In this document: positions 13,564 to 27,864 of the stretch, piece by piece
Layout: each line of letters starts with the position of its first letter
Position numbering within the stretch: position 1 is the stretch's first letter
From: Octopus vulgaris
Taxonomy: Eukaryota
DNA: 64,000 bases
Assembly (NCBI GenBank): GCA_951406725.2
Contig: OX597816.1
Location: 138,694,001 to 138,758,000, forward strand
Direction of reading: 5' to 3'
Translations under genes and position numbers: made by a program
Notes under the pieces: model-generated
What the model was told of the DNA's origin: nothing
The model's input: the letters and a program-made list of their open reading frames with translations, nothing else
The model's database searches: none

Positions 13564-14859
13564 CATACATACTTACATATATATATATGTATACATATAT
13601 TCGTACGTATCTCCATATATACATATAAATGTTTAGAAATAATGGGCAGATAATACTGGAAATAATTCACAAGCTCTGCGTATGTGTATGCAAAGCCGAA
13701 TGCGTTTACATATTTGTGTTTGTGCTTTGAGTACTTGTGCGTGCGTATATTTGTCTCTGCAATTGTTTTTATTTTAATATTTTTTTCTTTGGAAAAGGCA
13801 TTTCTTACTGACAAAAACATAGAAAAACAATTTACAGAGGAAAGTATTTTGTGAACAAGCGAAGAAAGCATTTTGCCGTGTGTAAAAATACGTTTTCAAT
13901 CAGCTGGATTATTTCTCTCACGTATTCTCCCTTAACAGTGTTAAACAAACAATTGAACTGGAAGTAATCCAACTATTAAACAAGACGTTGTCTTCTATAC
14001 AGAAACAGAATTTTGAATTACTGTGAGTGGTTAATAGGTTTAAGACACTATCCTATGCACTGGTTCTTATCCCGAGGATTTTGGAACGATTACCACAATA
14101 TTTTAGCGTGAAAATCTGAAAATCCCTGAACTGAGTGACTTTGAATGGTGCAAAAAATACCGCCTACAGTTTCTTAGATTAGAATTAATAGCTTGCTTAT
14201 ACCATTGGTTTCATTGATCCAAAGCTTACCACTATCCTGTCGCACAAACAAGTAATATGCGTCGAGTAGATGTCAACAAGAAACACCCAATCTGTTTAAC
14301 TAAATTGCTAGAAATAGCCGCCAGACATCCCTCATATCACAAATATTCACCATGAATAAAATAAAGTTATCTTCTAAATATATGAAAATTACTTCATTAT
14401 AGGTTTGCTCTAGGAGTAGTAACTTAGGGCTAAAGAACATTCATTGGATACCTTACTTTTTATGACCATACATTAGAACAAGATCCACAAAGGGGGATAG
14501 CAATATGGCTCCTCATTTACTAAAATACTAAACATATGCCTCTGACCTCCATAGCATATTGGCAGTGACCTGGCATATTAACATTTAATTCCTTGAAACA
14601 CACACCTTTTCTTGTTTGGTATTTCGGTGGAGCGTCACGTATAAATACCCCATACATCCACTCACTTTCATTTTACATAACCTACTATCACTTACTTTTT
14701 ACTTGTCTTTTAACAGCCTCGTATTTCCACACTATTTTAGTTTAAGACCGCTAAAAATTACACAAAGATAATAATTATATATGGATATTAACAGACACAG
14801 CCTGTCCTGGTGTTTTAATTATTATTAAAATTTATACAGTTCGATAAATTTACATTACG

Positions 14860-15280
14860 GTTGAGGGATTACGAAGCTCGCTTTGCAACTATCTTGTTTC
14901 GGATTAACTCCTATAGCACAGCACATTGGGAAAGTGTCTTCTATTACAGCCCCAAGTCGACTAATGCCTTGTGAGTAAATTTGTTAGACGGAAATTGCTT
15001 GAAATCCGTCGTACATACACACACACACAAACAAACACACGATTATCTTATGAACTTCATTAGCTTCATATGTATATGTGTGTGTGCCTATATTTGTGTT
15101 TGTCCCTCATAATCTCTTGACAACTAGTGTTGGTTTGTTTGCGTCCCCGTAGCCTAAATGTTCGGCAAGAAAGACCGATGAAATTAGTATTGTAAAAGAT
15201 TTGTTCAATTAAATCCCTTAAGATGGTGACCCGGCGTGACAACAGACCAATAACTGAAATAATTAAAAGCAAAAAGATAA
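14860..15280 (+). mobile_element. Family A SINE, degenerate
   Basis: CATTGGGAAAGTGTCTTCTA..GCCTTGTGAGT..GTTCGGCAAGAAAGACCGAT. Confidence 0.7.
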
Positions 15281-15439
15281 TATAAATGGAATTTCAATTC
15301 TTGAATACTGATTTAATCACAATTGCACTACAGAAGATAGTTTAAACGTGCTTCATAAAAATCCGTAAAATACAACCGAATGTAGAACATAATTGGGTAT
15401 ACGGGTATTTTGAAAATACCTCAAGGAATGATGAACTGC

Positions 15440-15895
15440 ATAGTTAACGGCTGTACTCCGGTAAGGCATAGCACCCGTTCAGCCACCCTGCCAGGGATGC
15501 AATGAAGTCATGAGACTACAGCATAGTAGATTGTTAAGAGGTAGCGTAAGAGCTCAACTGAGCCAACGGTACTTCTTACATAGTTGCTGAGCGGAGGAAT
15601 TCTAGAAGATCAACGGTGAGGAGCGCCAAGCTCTATCAAGAGAGTAACTGCAACGTATCAATGGGAGCAGCATCCATGATTGTGTAATCAGCAAATGAAA
15701 CATTTACTATTGACTCAAGCTCCCGATTCAAATTCATAATAATGGAATTGGATGGCGACAGAGTGTCAGGGGAATCCACGAAAGAAGCGGGGAAAAAAAC
15801 TAGAGCATATAAGTCAAATGAGCTATGGTATTCTATTTGACAAGATGTGCCAAAATGCAAAATATTCAGCCACCGAGGTGCAACACTGTGACCTA
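15440..15895 (+). mobile_element. Highly degenerate LINE 3' fragment, probably RTE-like
   Basis: Broken frames resemble an RTE C-terminus (GAPKLY, WRQ, terminal C..SHR region); many stops. Confidence 0.35.
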
Positions 15896-16006
15896 CAAGT
15901 TCGAATATACACGCCATATTGACGTATGTTTACGTTTATAAATCATAGTGTATGCGTATGGCAATATATATATATATATGTATATACGTGTGTGTGTGTG
16001 TGTGTG

Positions 16007-16038
<32 letters not shown>

Positions 16039-16290
16039 CGTAGGTGTGTGGATGCATATGTATTATTTACGCCGAGGCAGTGGCTTGTTACTCAAGAGTT
16101 TCCTCGACATGAACTCTTTTCCTCCTTCGCTTAACATATAATACAGTATAATAGAATTGAATATATACAAATACACACACATACATGTTCATACATATAT
16201 ATATACATATACATACATACATGCATGTATTCATATATATATGTGTATGTATATATGAATATATATATATATGTATGTATATGTGTATAC

Positions 16291-16344
<54 letters not shown>

Positions 16345-16772
16345 ATGTATGTATACACATATGTGTGTGAGTAATTGTATATATATATATTATATATATA
16401 TATATACATACATATATATGTATATATATATATATTATATATATATATATACAGACACACACGCAAACACACACTTGCGTACGCAAATGACATACAAATG
16501 CAGATAAAATAATAACAAAAGCAACAATAATCATTTAAAAATATCAACAACAACAGCCACAATGATGTGCAATATATTTGTCTATTTGTCATACAGCAGC
16601 AACGACAATAGCAACACAGAGCAGCAACAGTGTGAGCGTAAAATAGACGAGACGCATTGAATCATAAGAATAATGATGGAGTCATGAACATGTGACCGTG
16701 CATCTGTATATACGTGTGTGAAGGTTACTTATCTGTAAGTGAATGTATGCGCGTGTGTGTGTCTCTATATTA

Positions 16773-16808
<36 letters not shown>

Positions 16809-17054
16809 GTGGGGAGATAACTGATGTTTGACTTCTGCTAACCTAACTGACAATATAGTTTCCTCCGGGGATAGCAAATTGGATGAATGTTTTCAATGTT
16901 TGACAGCATCCCGATAAAAACAACAGTGGAAAAAAAAATATTAGATGTCTATCTCATAAGCTAACCATGTCTCGACATTCTGGCTTCTCCTTCCTCGCCA
17001 TTCTGTCGCTCTCTTTTCCTTCTCCATTTTACACCATTTCATCTTGGCCTGCGC

Positions 17055-17111
<57 letters not shown>

Positions 17112-17372
17112 TATCATCATCATCATCATCATGATTCTTCTTCTTCTTCTTCTTATCCTCCTCCTCCTCAATCTTCTTCTTATTATTATCATTATCATCA
17201 TCAATGTCGTCGTCGTCGTCATCGCCATCATCGTCTTCAAGCTCACCACCACCATCACATCATCTTCACCACCACCACCACCACCACCACTACCAAAAGC
17301 AACAACAACATCCTCATCATCATGTTCATCATCATCATCATCATCATATTCATCATCATATTCATCATCATA

Positions 17373-17403
<31 letters not shown>

Positions 17404-17935
17404 ACATTATCCTCACCACCATTGCTGCTGTTGATGTTATTATCTGCTTCTTCATCATCATATTCATTTCCTTGTTTTCTTCTTCTTCCTTTTCTTCTTT
17501 TTATTCTTTTACTTTTTGTTTTCTTTCTTATTCCTCTTCCTCTTCTAGATTCTGCTGCTGTTACTGATCTTTTTGATTAGTCTTTTCTTTCATAGTCATC
17601 ATCATCATAATCATCATCATCATAATCATCATCCTCATCATCACCAAATTCACGTATCACCATCGATCTCATTATTATAATAATCACAGTCATGGGTATG
17701 ATCATCATCACTCCCTCCATCATCATTATCATCATCATCATCATTATGAGTATCATCACCACATCGTCATCATCAGCATCATCATTATCATAACCATCGT
17801 CGTCGTAATCCTCATCCTCATCATCGTCAATCATCATCATCCTCATCATCAGCATCATCGGCATCATCTTCACCAAACCACATCCGTCTTCATCACTATT
17901 ATCATCATCAGCAGCAGCAGCAGTAGCAGCAGCTG

Positions 17936-17971
<36 letters not shown>

Positions 17972-18172
17972 AACCATCGTCGTCGTAATCCTCATCCTCA
18001 TCATCGTCAATCATCATCATCCTCATCCTCATCATCAGCATCATCGGCATCATCTTCACCAAACCACATCCGACTTCATCACTATTATTATCATCATCAT
18101 CATCATCATCATCATCATCGTAATCCTCATCATCATCATCATCATCATCACCATCATCACCATCACCATCAC

Positions 18173-18211
<39 letters not shown>

Positions 18212-18240
18212 GGTCATCGTCGCAATCGCAATCATCAACA
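17055..18240. repeat. Compound (CAT)n/(CTT)n/(CAC)n array with an internal ~180-bp tandem duplication
   Basis: Direct reading; block TAACCATCGTCGTCGTAATCC..CCAAACCACATCCG recurs at 17791 and 17971. Confidence 0.9.
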
Positions 18241-18566
18241 AGTCCCTTCTCCGCCCCACCGTCAACACAAGCACACATTCCATCGTTCAACAAACAACAG
18301 CAACGACTACCAAAATCTTCAACCACACCAGTAAAATAACCAGTATTTAGAACCCTGTGTGTGTGTATATTCCCGTCCGTGTTATTTTACTCGTATCATT
18401 GGGTATTAATCCGGCGCTTCGGGTATGTCAGTGAGTACATGGAGGAAATAAAACAAAACAGGCCAGATTGTTTATAAGATATTTAGTGTAACGAAATATA
18501 TTATAAACAATCTCACATGTTATATATGTATGTACGTATGTATGCATGTGTGTGTGTGTATGTATG

Positions 18567-18603
<37 letters not shown>

Positions 18604-18611
18604 ATGTGCGT

Positions 18612-18651
<40 letters not shown>

Positions 18652-18872
18652 GTATGTATGTATGTATATATATATATATATATGTGTGTATATATCCATG
18701 AGGCTGAGTAAAGAAACGAAAGTAGCTGTCAACACATTCAGTTGGAGTTTCGTGTATTTAATAACAGTTTGACACCACATTACTTAAAGTTTAGTGGACG
18801 TGTGTGTGCAAGTGTACGTTCGTGTGTGTCTGCGTGCTTATCTCTCTCTCTCTCACTCTCTCTCTCTCACTG

Positions 18873-18913
<41 letters not shown>

Positions 18914-19122
18914 GTAATTAATGATGGAAGCCCAATTAGTTCAAAATAGCAATTTGTAAATCATACTTGTCGTAGATATATTTTTGAAAGCATTCGTCCC
19001 GAGAAAGCATCCCTTACAGGCATATAGTGTTGAAACATGTAGAAAAAATTAGTTATAGATGAAAGTCGTCGACTAGAAGCAGTGAAATCGCTAAATACGT
19101 ATTTCTACTTCATGTCTCTCTA

Positions 19123-19181
<59 letters not shown>

Positions 19182-19281
19182 GTATGTATGTATGTATGTA
19201 TGTATGTATGCGCGAGTGTCTGTGCATATGATATTTATACAGACATGCATGCAAGAGTACACGCATACATACATGCATGCA

Positions 19282-19315
<34 letters not shown>

Positions 19316-19374
19316 CATACATACATACATACATACATACATACATACATACATAGATACATACATACATACAT

Positions 19375-19683
19375 ACAAAACCAGAAAGGAGCAAGCTATT
19401 TCGAAGGCTACATATCCAATCCATCACTGGAGCTGTAAAAATCTGTTAAACCTTCCAGAAGTTTATCATTTCAATATATATGAGCATGTCTAGATATGTA
19501 GCTCTATGCATGAGAATCCATACATAAAACATACATCTGCACATACATACATACATACATACATACATACAAAAATACCCTGTTGTTGATGTTGAAATTC
19601 CAATGAAGTAACTTTGGATCTAGATTATAAAACGGTTCTTTCTGTATTGGCAAAAAATTTTGAAATATACTGAATAATGACAT
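19375..19683 (+). mobile_element. 3' end of an RLE-type non-LTR element in (CATA)n, copy 1
   Basis: KPERSKLFRRLHIQSITGAVKIC plus a 3' UTR ending AATAATGACAT; homologous to 50366-50772 on the minus strand. Confidence 0.7.
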
Positions 19684-20124
19684 GCAAATCCGATCAACGG
19701 AACAACTTGGCCATGGAATCTACGTGCAAGTGGCTAAGCACTTCACAGACACCTGTACTCTTAACGTAGTTCTCAGGAAGATTCTGCGTGAGACAGAATG
19801 CGACAAAGTCATTGAAGCCAGTAATTCAACACGGCTATTGTAAAGACAATGCCATTATCAGCTGATAGCGTTTTACATTCAAATATGATTTAGACTGGAC
19901 ACTTTTCGAGAAGTCAACATATATTACTGTCCAATAGTTTTGGTCTTACATCGACCGCCAACACTTTTTTCTGCAAAATATCGGTAGCTTGTCCTGTTCA
20001 AGCAATATTATTAGCATTATCCTGCGTTTAAGCAAGTATATGTGTTTACATACAAAAAAGGTCCGATTCACACAGAATACAAATGATATAGAGAATTAAA
20101 GGGGTTGAAGAAAAATATTACAAA

Positions 20125-20219
20125 TCCAACAGCTGTTTCTGGGAGGGGGGTCGGCGGTCCAAAATAGTGTTTCTAGATTGATTCCATTATAAGATGAGAC
20201 GACCTTCCGTCTTCAGGGA
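20125..20219 (-). ncRNA. Hammerhead-like motif with long stem II (Penelope-associated type)
   Basis: Minus strand TCC-CTGAAGA-cggaaggtc...gaccccc.ctccca-GAAAC-AGCT-GTT-GGA; stem I only 3 bp. Confidence 0.45.
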
Positions 20220-20361
20220 AGAGATCTTACATTTGAGGTGCCAAAGTTCAACGATGGAAACTTATATTGATCTGTCTAACATGCTTATCCCTACTTTTAT
20301 ATATATATATATATGTGTGTTTGTGTGTGTGTGTGTGTGTATATATATACATATATAAAAG

Positions 20362-20406
<45 letters not shown>

Positions 20407-20470
20407 GAATAATTGTACAATGTGAAGTCCTCCTTACGGAAAGAGGAATGCTTCCCGAAGAAGACTACGG

Positions 20471-20711
<241 letters not shown>

Positions 20712-21122
20712 TATAACAACACGCAACAGGGTCACTTAGTCAAACGCATATTAACACGCACACACACAAACACACACACACACATACACACACACAGAGT
20801 AAAAATTCGGGGTTGCCTCCTTTCCTTTTCTGACCAAAAAAATAAACAGAAAAGATAAGCGTTTCTTACAAATTTACGCACAAGGATATTAGCTTTGAGG
20901 GGAAGTATCGAATCCAGTACCAGAGCTTATTTCATTCATCGACCCGACAGGGATGAAAGGCGAAGCTAACCTCAGCGGGATTTGAATTCAGAATGAAACA
21001 AGCATTATTCCGAGAATATAAATCATTGATTCTCAACAGCTTTTTTGGCTATGGAACTTCCTTGTTTCTTATTTTATTCCATTGGACCACCATAGCCATT
21101 CGATGCATATAAAAATCCCTGT

Positions 21123-21381
21123 TATTCGTTTATTCTTTCACATGTTTCAGTCATTTTGACTGCAGCCATGCTGGAGCACCGCCTTCAAGGGATTTAATCA
21201 AAGAAATAAACACCAGGACTTTTACTGTGAAAGTCTAGTAATTATCCATCTGTTTCTTTTGCCGAACTGCTACGTTACGGAAACATAAACACACCAGCAT
21301 CGGTTCTCAAGCGATGGCAAGGGGACGAACAGACACACACACACACACACACACGCACACACACACACACACACACACATG

Positions 21382-21424
<43 letters not shown>

Positions 21425-21574
21425 GATGTGCTTCTTTCAGTTTCCATCTACCAAATCCAATCACAAGGCTTTGGTCGGCCAGAAGACACTTGCCTAAATT
21501 ACCACGCAGTGGAACTGAACCCGGAACCGTGTAGTTGCGAAGTAAGCTTCTTATCGCACGGCCACGCCTGCGCC
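21123..21574 (-). mobile_element. Family A SINE
   Basis: Reverse complement of the 7951 element, with (CA)n/(TA)n at the equivalent internal position. Confidence 0.85.
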
Positions 21575-22661
21575 TATTGTATTTTTTAATTAAATATTAT
21601 TAGGAATTGTATAAAAGATTTTAAAATATTTTGTGCATTGTAGATGCATAAGCAATTTCTTGTGTGTACCACCAATGGCCATATGGGCCCTGGACTAGCA
21701 GTATAGTTCAGCTTGTAAACAATACTGTCAGCCCGCCGCCTTTCGTAGACACTAATAAACTCAATAATGAACGATATGATTAAATCTAATTCCAATGAAA
21801 AAACCATCCGCAGTTATATATACACACACACACACAGACAAAAAAACACTGGCATAAACAGACATACACAAACACCGCGCACGCACACACGAATGCACAC
21901 ACACGCTTACATACATACATGTACATACATATAGATCATTGTACGTGTATAAGGTCGCGTAATATTGATCTACCCAAATGTCGGCAAGGATATCTATAGT
22001 TTATTTAACATTGAGACTGTTTATCCCGTGTTTGGCTTTACTGTTTGCTACTATTTGTATAATGGTTCCTCCATAAGAAGATTAAAAGTCGTTCATTCAT
22101 TCATTTATGTCAATAATTATTTGGATTGTCTAATTTCGTTTATTTTTATAGACATACCATAATATTTTATTTTAATCAACTGAAAAATAATAGATGTAAC
22201 CTAGAAAGCTGTCTCCTTCTGTTTGACCTTGTACATTTGCTACATATATGCATACATATGTGCACACACGCGTATGCACACACATATTTATTTATGTGTG
22301 TATGTATCTACGTATGTATATATATATACACATATATGTACATCTGCATATACACACATATATGTTTAATGTGTAAATGTGTGCGTACGATCTGCGTGAC
22401 CTAATGGCTTACTGCAAAATATAAATATATTGTGCGCTAACAAATGGTTATTCGCCACATCCAAACAGAATTGTTATATAATTATATATGTATATAAGAA
22501 GCTTGTTTTCCAACCATGTGATCTTGTGATCAGTTCCGCTGCGCAGCACCTTGGGTAGATGTCTTCTACCATAGCACCCGGCTGACCAAAGTACCAGAGC
22601 TCTCTGTGTTGTGAGTAGTTTTGAAAGACGGAAACAGAAAGAAGCCCCTCAAAAATACGCA

Positions 22662-22708
<47 letters not shown>

Positions 22709-22807
22709 TTAATCCAAACATGAAAGCACAAAAAAAAACACAACAACGCGAGGACGTGGAACAAATATAGTATTATTGGACGCTCAGGAAAGAAGGAAAG
22801 AAGGAGG

Positions 22808-22842
22808 GTTTAACGTTTCGAGCGGAGCTCTTCGTCGGAAAC
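22808..22842 (-). ncRNA. Minimal type-I hammerhead motif (variant core CCGACGA) within a ~190-bp element at 22705-22898 embedded in (TA)n
   Basis: Minus strand GTTT-CCGACGA-A-GAGC-TCC-GCTC-GAAAC-GT-T-AAAC. Confidence 0.65.
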
Positions 22843-22897
22843 ATAGGAGAAAGAAAGATCCAGGGAAGGGAAGACAGAGGAAAAAATCGCCAACGGT

Positions 22898-23037
<140 letters not shown>

Positions 23038-24030
23038 TCGTTCTTTTAACCGTGTATGTGTATGTTTATGATTACAGCGCTGTTCTGCGCAATAATTATA
23101 AACATACACATACACGATACAGACGCGCGCGCAGAGATATACACACGCAAACACGCACCCACCCACAATACTTACACTTACAGACGCGCTAAAATTGTTA
23201 GAATTTTGGATATTGTTAGTTACTCCTGCTGTTACTCATACTACTTCCAACACCACTTAATGCAAATAGCCTCCATGTATTCCCGCCACTCTTTTTATTT
23301 CTCTACCTACCTTTTACTCTCAGCTGACTCATGATCTCCTCCGTCTCTCTCTCCCCCCTCTCTCTCTCTCTCTTTCTGTATTGTTCTCAAACTAGTAGGC
23401 TAGTATTGTTCTTAACCAAATAAACTTCACCTTCTAGTTACTTGGGCTACCCAGTTTCCTTTTTGATGTATTAATCGCCCTGTCCCAACTGCAACACTCG
23501 ATCTATCCACCACCATCTAATCGTCCCCATTGCTTTCATGTATACAATGCATTTTCGTTCTCTCGGAATATTTCGCTTCACACAAAATCGTGCAATTTGG
23601 CTCCCAAGATGCTTCGTAATGATTTATTTTTAAATTTAATTTTTACTAGTGGCATATTTATGCGTATTTAATTTTCTTGCGAATCCCAGTTCTATGTGAT
23701 TTTCACACATTTGAAAGCATTCTCATTATTTGATTTGTCTACAAAAAATCTTTAATTATAGTTTCTAGTCAGATCATTTTCTATAAAAGTTCCAAGTTAT
23801 TTAAAGTTACATTTAATAACACTTTTATTCTATTCACTTGCTCCATCATCCAATATTATATTTTTTATATTTACCGTTGATTATTTCATCAAACTCGTTT
23901 ATTATATTCTGTATTTTTAATGTCTCATTGCTAACCAAAACAAATGCTACGAAGATAATCCGAGTCCGTTAAATCTTGTTTTGGTATGTCGACAACATAA
24001 GAAATTGCTGCTGTATATTAAAACATATGG

Positions 24031-24244
24031 AGATACAGATTCCGGAAAGGGCCATCAATTAGAAATAGGAAAGATACCGGAAGTGGCCATCAGTTTACAA
24101 CAGGGACAAGTATCGAAAGTGAGAATCAGTACATAGTAAGGAAAGACACCGGAAGTGACTCTCAGATCGTAATGGAAAGATGCCAGAAGTGGAGAGCAGT
24201 TAGTAATAAGGACAGATATCGCAAGTAGCTATCAGTTAGTTATA
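24031..24244 (+). repeat. Degenerate ~35-bp minisatellite, 6 units
   Basis: Consensus ~GGAAAGATACCGGAAGTGGCCATCAGTTAGTAATA. Confidence 0.75.
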
Positions 24245-24804
24245 GTAATTCGGTTAAAACTGAAAGCTAAGAAGAAGCAATGGATTACCAGTTTGATATA
24301 GACAAACTGGAAGACAACCGAATTAAAGATGAATTTGTCTGGAAATCGATCTGCAATGGTTGAAGCCATAAAGATGATGATATAGATATCAACGGCGTGT
24401 AGAATAGTGTAAGAAGTTATACAATAGCGAGGCCAAGCGAATTCTGGGCAGAAGAACGACAAAGGAAAAGTAAAAAAAAAAAAAAAGAAAACGGAATGAA
24501 TTTCGGCTGAAACTTGGCTCGTTGAGTCACGTAAGGAACAAAAGAGAATTGTTGGAAGATGGAGATGAATAAAGTTTTAACAGAAAAATGAAAATGTGTT
24601 CGGAAATGAAAGCTGATGAAATAAATAATTCGAGCAAAAGACAAGAGTGGAGTCAAAACTAATTGCGAAAGAACACACAAAACGACACGCAAAGTAAAAC
24701 ACACACACACACACACACAGAAACCTATGCACGGACACGCACGAACACATGTAAACATACAAGCACGGTAGGCTTTTGTACAGTTTCCGCCAGTCGAATT
24801 CCCC

Positions 24805-24874
<70 letters not shown>

Positions 24875-25034
24875 CACTTACTACTACTACTACTACTACT
24901 ACTACCATCACTGTTAAAGCATTATGACACGCTTGTCGTTATAATTATCATTACATGTTTCATAATGATAATATAATAAAAATAAAGTAGCTAGTGCTGA
25001 TGATGATAACAACGACGACGATGATGATGATGGA

Positions 25035-25329
25035 GAAGAAGAAGAAGAAGAAGAAGAAGAAGAAGAAGAAGAAGAAGAAGAAGAAGAAGAAGAAGAAGAA
25101 GAAGAAGAAGAAGAAGAAGAAGAAGAAGAAGAAGAAGAAGAAGAAGAAGAAGAAGAAGAAGAAGAAGAAGAAGAAGAAGAAGAAGAAGAAGAAGAAGAAG
25201 AAGAAGAAGAAGAAGAAGAAGAAGAAAAGAAGAAGAAAAAGAAGAAGAAAAGAAGAAGAAGAACAAGAAGAAGAAGAAGAAGAAGAAGAAGAAGAAGAAG
25301 AAGAAGAAGAAGAAGAAGAAGAAGAAGAA
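25035..25329. repeat. Long (GAA)n purine tract
   Basis: Direct reading; another (GAA)n at ~49399-49495. Confidence 0.95.
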
Positions 25330-25647
25330 TATGGAAAAGACGTAGAAGCGGAGGAAAAAATGTAGGGAAATAAAGTTTTAGATGATGCATTTAAAAAGAT
25401 GAAGGCAATGATGAGAGAGAGAACGGGGGGAGTAAAGAATGAGAGAAAGAGGGAGAGAGACAGTCAGACAGAGAGAAAGAAAACAGAGAGAGGGACGGAG
25501 AGAGAGAAATAGGAGGGAAGGGAGAAAGAGAAAAAGAAAGGGAGGGAGAGTACGAATAAATGGTTAAACAAATGCTACAGAATCAAATACCACCATCACC
25601 ACCACCACCACCACTACAACTGCTGCCGACACAATCGCATCAACACT

Positions 25648-25705
<58 letters not shown>

Positions 25706-26220
25706 CCCCACTACAACAAACAGCAATAACATAAATATCACCAACAAACGGAATTGTAAGAAATAAATAAGCGGTGTAGTGTTGAGAGATGGCGTTGAGT
25801 TTGAAAGATATGTGTGTAATAAGAAAAAAAAATAATGAAGGGGAACGTGGTAGGGTGTGCACGGTGATGATAGTAAGGAATATAATAGGTAAAAGGTGTT
25901 CAAATGCTGAAAGCTGCTTTATTAGACGGTTCCAAGAAATGAGAATATGTTAACAGAACGTTTGTAAACTTTAAGTTGCTTCTTTGGTGAATCTATAACT
26001 GGAATATTTTTGGTGGAGGGTAAAACGAGTGGAAAAAAAAATCACATGATGATAGAATTTTGTATGTACGTGGGTGTGAGTGGTGCGTGGTGTGTTGGTT
26101 GCGGTAGTGGTGCCTGCATGTGTGAGGGTTAGTGATGGCCGTTTTATCTGTGTATCTGGCTTCATGTTTCTGTATGAGACTGTATTTAAACAAGCATACA
26201 TACATACATACATACATACA

Positions 26221-26314
<94 letters not shown>

Positions 26315-26369
26315 AATACATGTATATATGCATATATGTAAATATATGTGTATGTGTGTGTGTGTGAGA

Positions 26370-26650
26370 AGGCGTATGGCTTAGTGGTTAAGGTGTTGCA
26401 CACACGATTGCAAAATCGTGAGTTCAATTCCCAGACCGAGCGTTGCGTGGTGTTCTTGGGCAAAGCACTTTATTTCACGTTGCTCTACGATCATCTAGAC
26501 ATGTGGCACTTGTTGCACCTGTACAGGTAATGTCGATCTAATGAACAGAGTGAGCTTATGTCTACACAAACATTTGATCACTATAAACAAATCATGTGTG
26601 GTTGTTCGGTAAGAAATTGGCGAATCCTCATACGTCGTCTAACGACTTGA
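26370..26650 (+). mobile_element. tRNA-derived SINE (family D-related)
   Basis: GGCGTATGGCTTAGTGGTTAAGG..GAGTTCAATTCCC..GTTCTTGGGCAAAGCACTT. Confidence 0.7.
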
Positions 26651-26806
26651 GAGTCCATGATATATATGCACATACGTATATGTATCAATGTGCATGCATA
26701 CATACATACATACATACATACATACATACATACATACATACATACATACATACATACATACATACATACATACATACATACATACATACATACATACATA
26801 CATACA

Positions 26807-26837
<31 letters not shown>

Positions 26838-26859
26838 GCATGTATGTATATATAAAAAT

Positions 26860-27080
26860 AAAAAGTTAAAATGCTACTCCCTAGAAAGAAGGCCGGAAAT
26901 ATATGCAATGATATAGACCTGGAAAATCCTAGAACTTATATCCAACACAAAGAGCAGAACAAGGTGCCACTGTATAGCACCAAAAACCCCAGCATTGCCA
27001 TCAAAATACAAGACCAGATACTGCAACAGTTGTGTTTCAAAGACCGTTCAATATCCTCCCCAAAAGCCTAAGAGACTTAA
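26860..27080 (+). mobile_element. Old CR1-type LINE 3' fragment
   Basis: Frameshifted KCYSLERRPE..WKIL..CHCIAPKTPALPSKYKTRYCNS..FNILPKSLRDL aligns by eye to the C-terminus of the 4927-5733 ORF. Confidence 0.8.
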
Positions 27081-27465
27081 ATTGAGTGAACGTAGGTATC
27101 TTCTAAACAAACTAGCTATATTTGGGGTGAAGTGTAAAACGAGTGGAAAATCACATGATGAAAGAGTTGTGGATGTACGTGGTGAGTGGTGTTTTGTGTG
27201 AGGTACGTTGTGTGTTAGCTGCGGTGGTGGTGGTGCGTGTATGTGTTCCTGTCAAAAGTTCCGGATGAACCTCCCTCGTAGCAAGAAACACGGGTGAGGG
27301 CAGCAACATCAGACTCCCTCATACACCAAATACCACATATCAAGGAAGGTTTAGTGAATGTGTGGCAGCTCTCGTCCTGAAATATGCGGGGGTGGGGTGC
27401 GTGTGCGTACGTGTGTGTGTGTGTGTGTGAGTGTGTGTGCATGTGTGTGTGTGTATGTGTGTGTA

Positions 27466-27784
27466 GGCGTAGACATGTCTGTATGGTAAGGGGTTTGCTT
27501 CCCAAACACATAGTTTCAGGTTCAATCCCAGAGCGTGGAAACTTGGGCAAGTGTCTTTTACCATAGGCTCGGTCCAACCAAAGCCTTCTAAGTGGATTTG
27601 GTAATACAGTTCTATATTTAAGAGATGAGGAATTATGTACATTATTTATATTTGACGGATATTTATCCTCATCTTGTTTGTTGTTAACACAACGTTTCGG
27701 CTGATATAACCTCTAGCCTTCATCAGGTGTCTAGGGGGAAATATCCAACCTTGGTGGATTTGGTGGACAGAACCTTAAAGCCGG

Positions 27785-27790
<6 letters not shown>
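27466..27790 (+). mobile_element. Family A SINE (5' half) interrupted by the insertion at 27603-27753
   Basis: ACTTGGGCAAGTGTCTT..AAAGCCTT..GTGGATTTGGT, resuming GTGGATTTGGTGGACAGAA. Confidence 0.75.
27686..27731 (-). ncRNA. Minimal type-I hammerhead ribozyme motif with intact core
   Basis: Minus strand GACAC-CTGATGA-A-GGCT-agaggttatatc-AGCC-GAAAC-GT-T-GTGTT; stem I 5 bp, stem II 4+ bp, palindromic AACGTT stem III. Confidence 0.75.

Positions 27791-27864
<74 letters not shown>

Noticed and set aside
17577-18326. 249-aa Asp/Met-rich ORF resembling an acidic biomineralisation protein
   Set aside because: Arises from (GAT)n with frame-independent repeat structure and a GTG start; no signal peptide or splice support
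18990-19050. GAAACATGTA hammerhead-like half; similar weak cases near 27262 and 28108
   Set aside because: No recognisable CTGANGA core with a pairing stem I; too decayed to call
24031-24244. CRISPR-like periodicity (also 38425-39120)
   Set aside because: Eukaryotic context, units degenerate along their whole length, no unique spacers or cas genes
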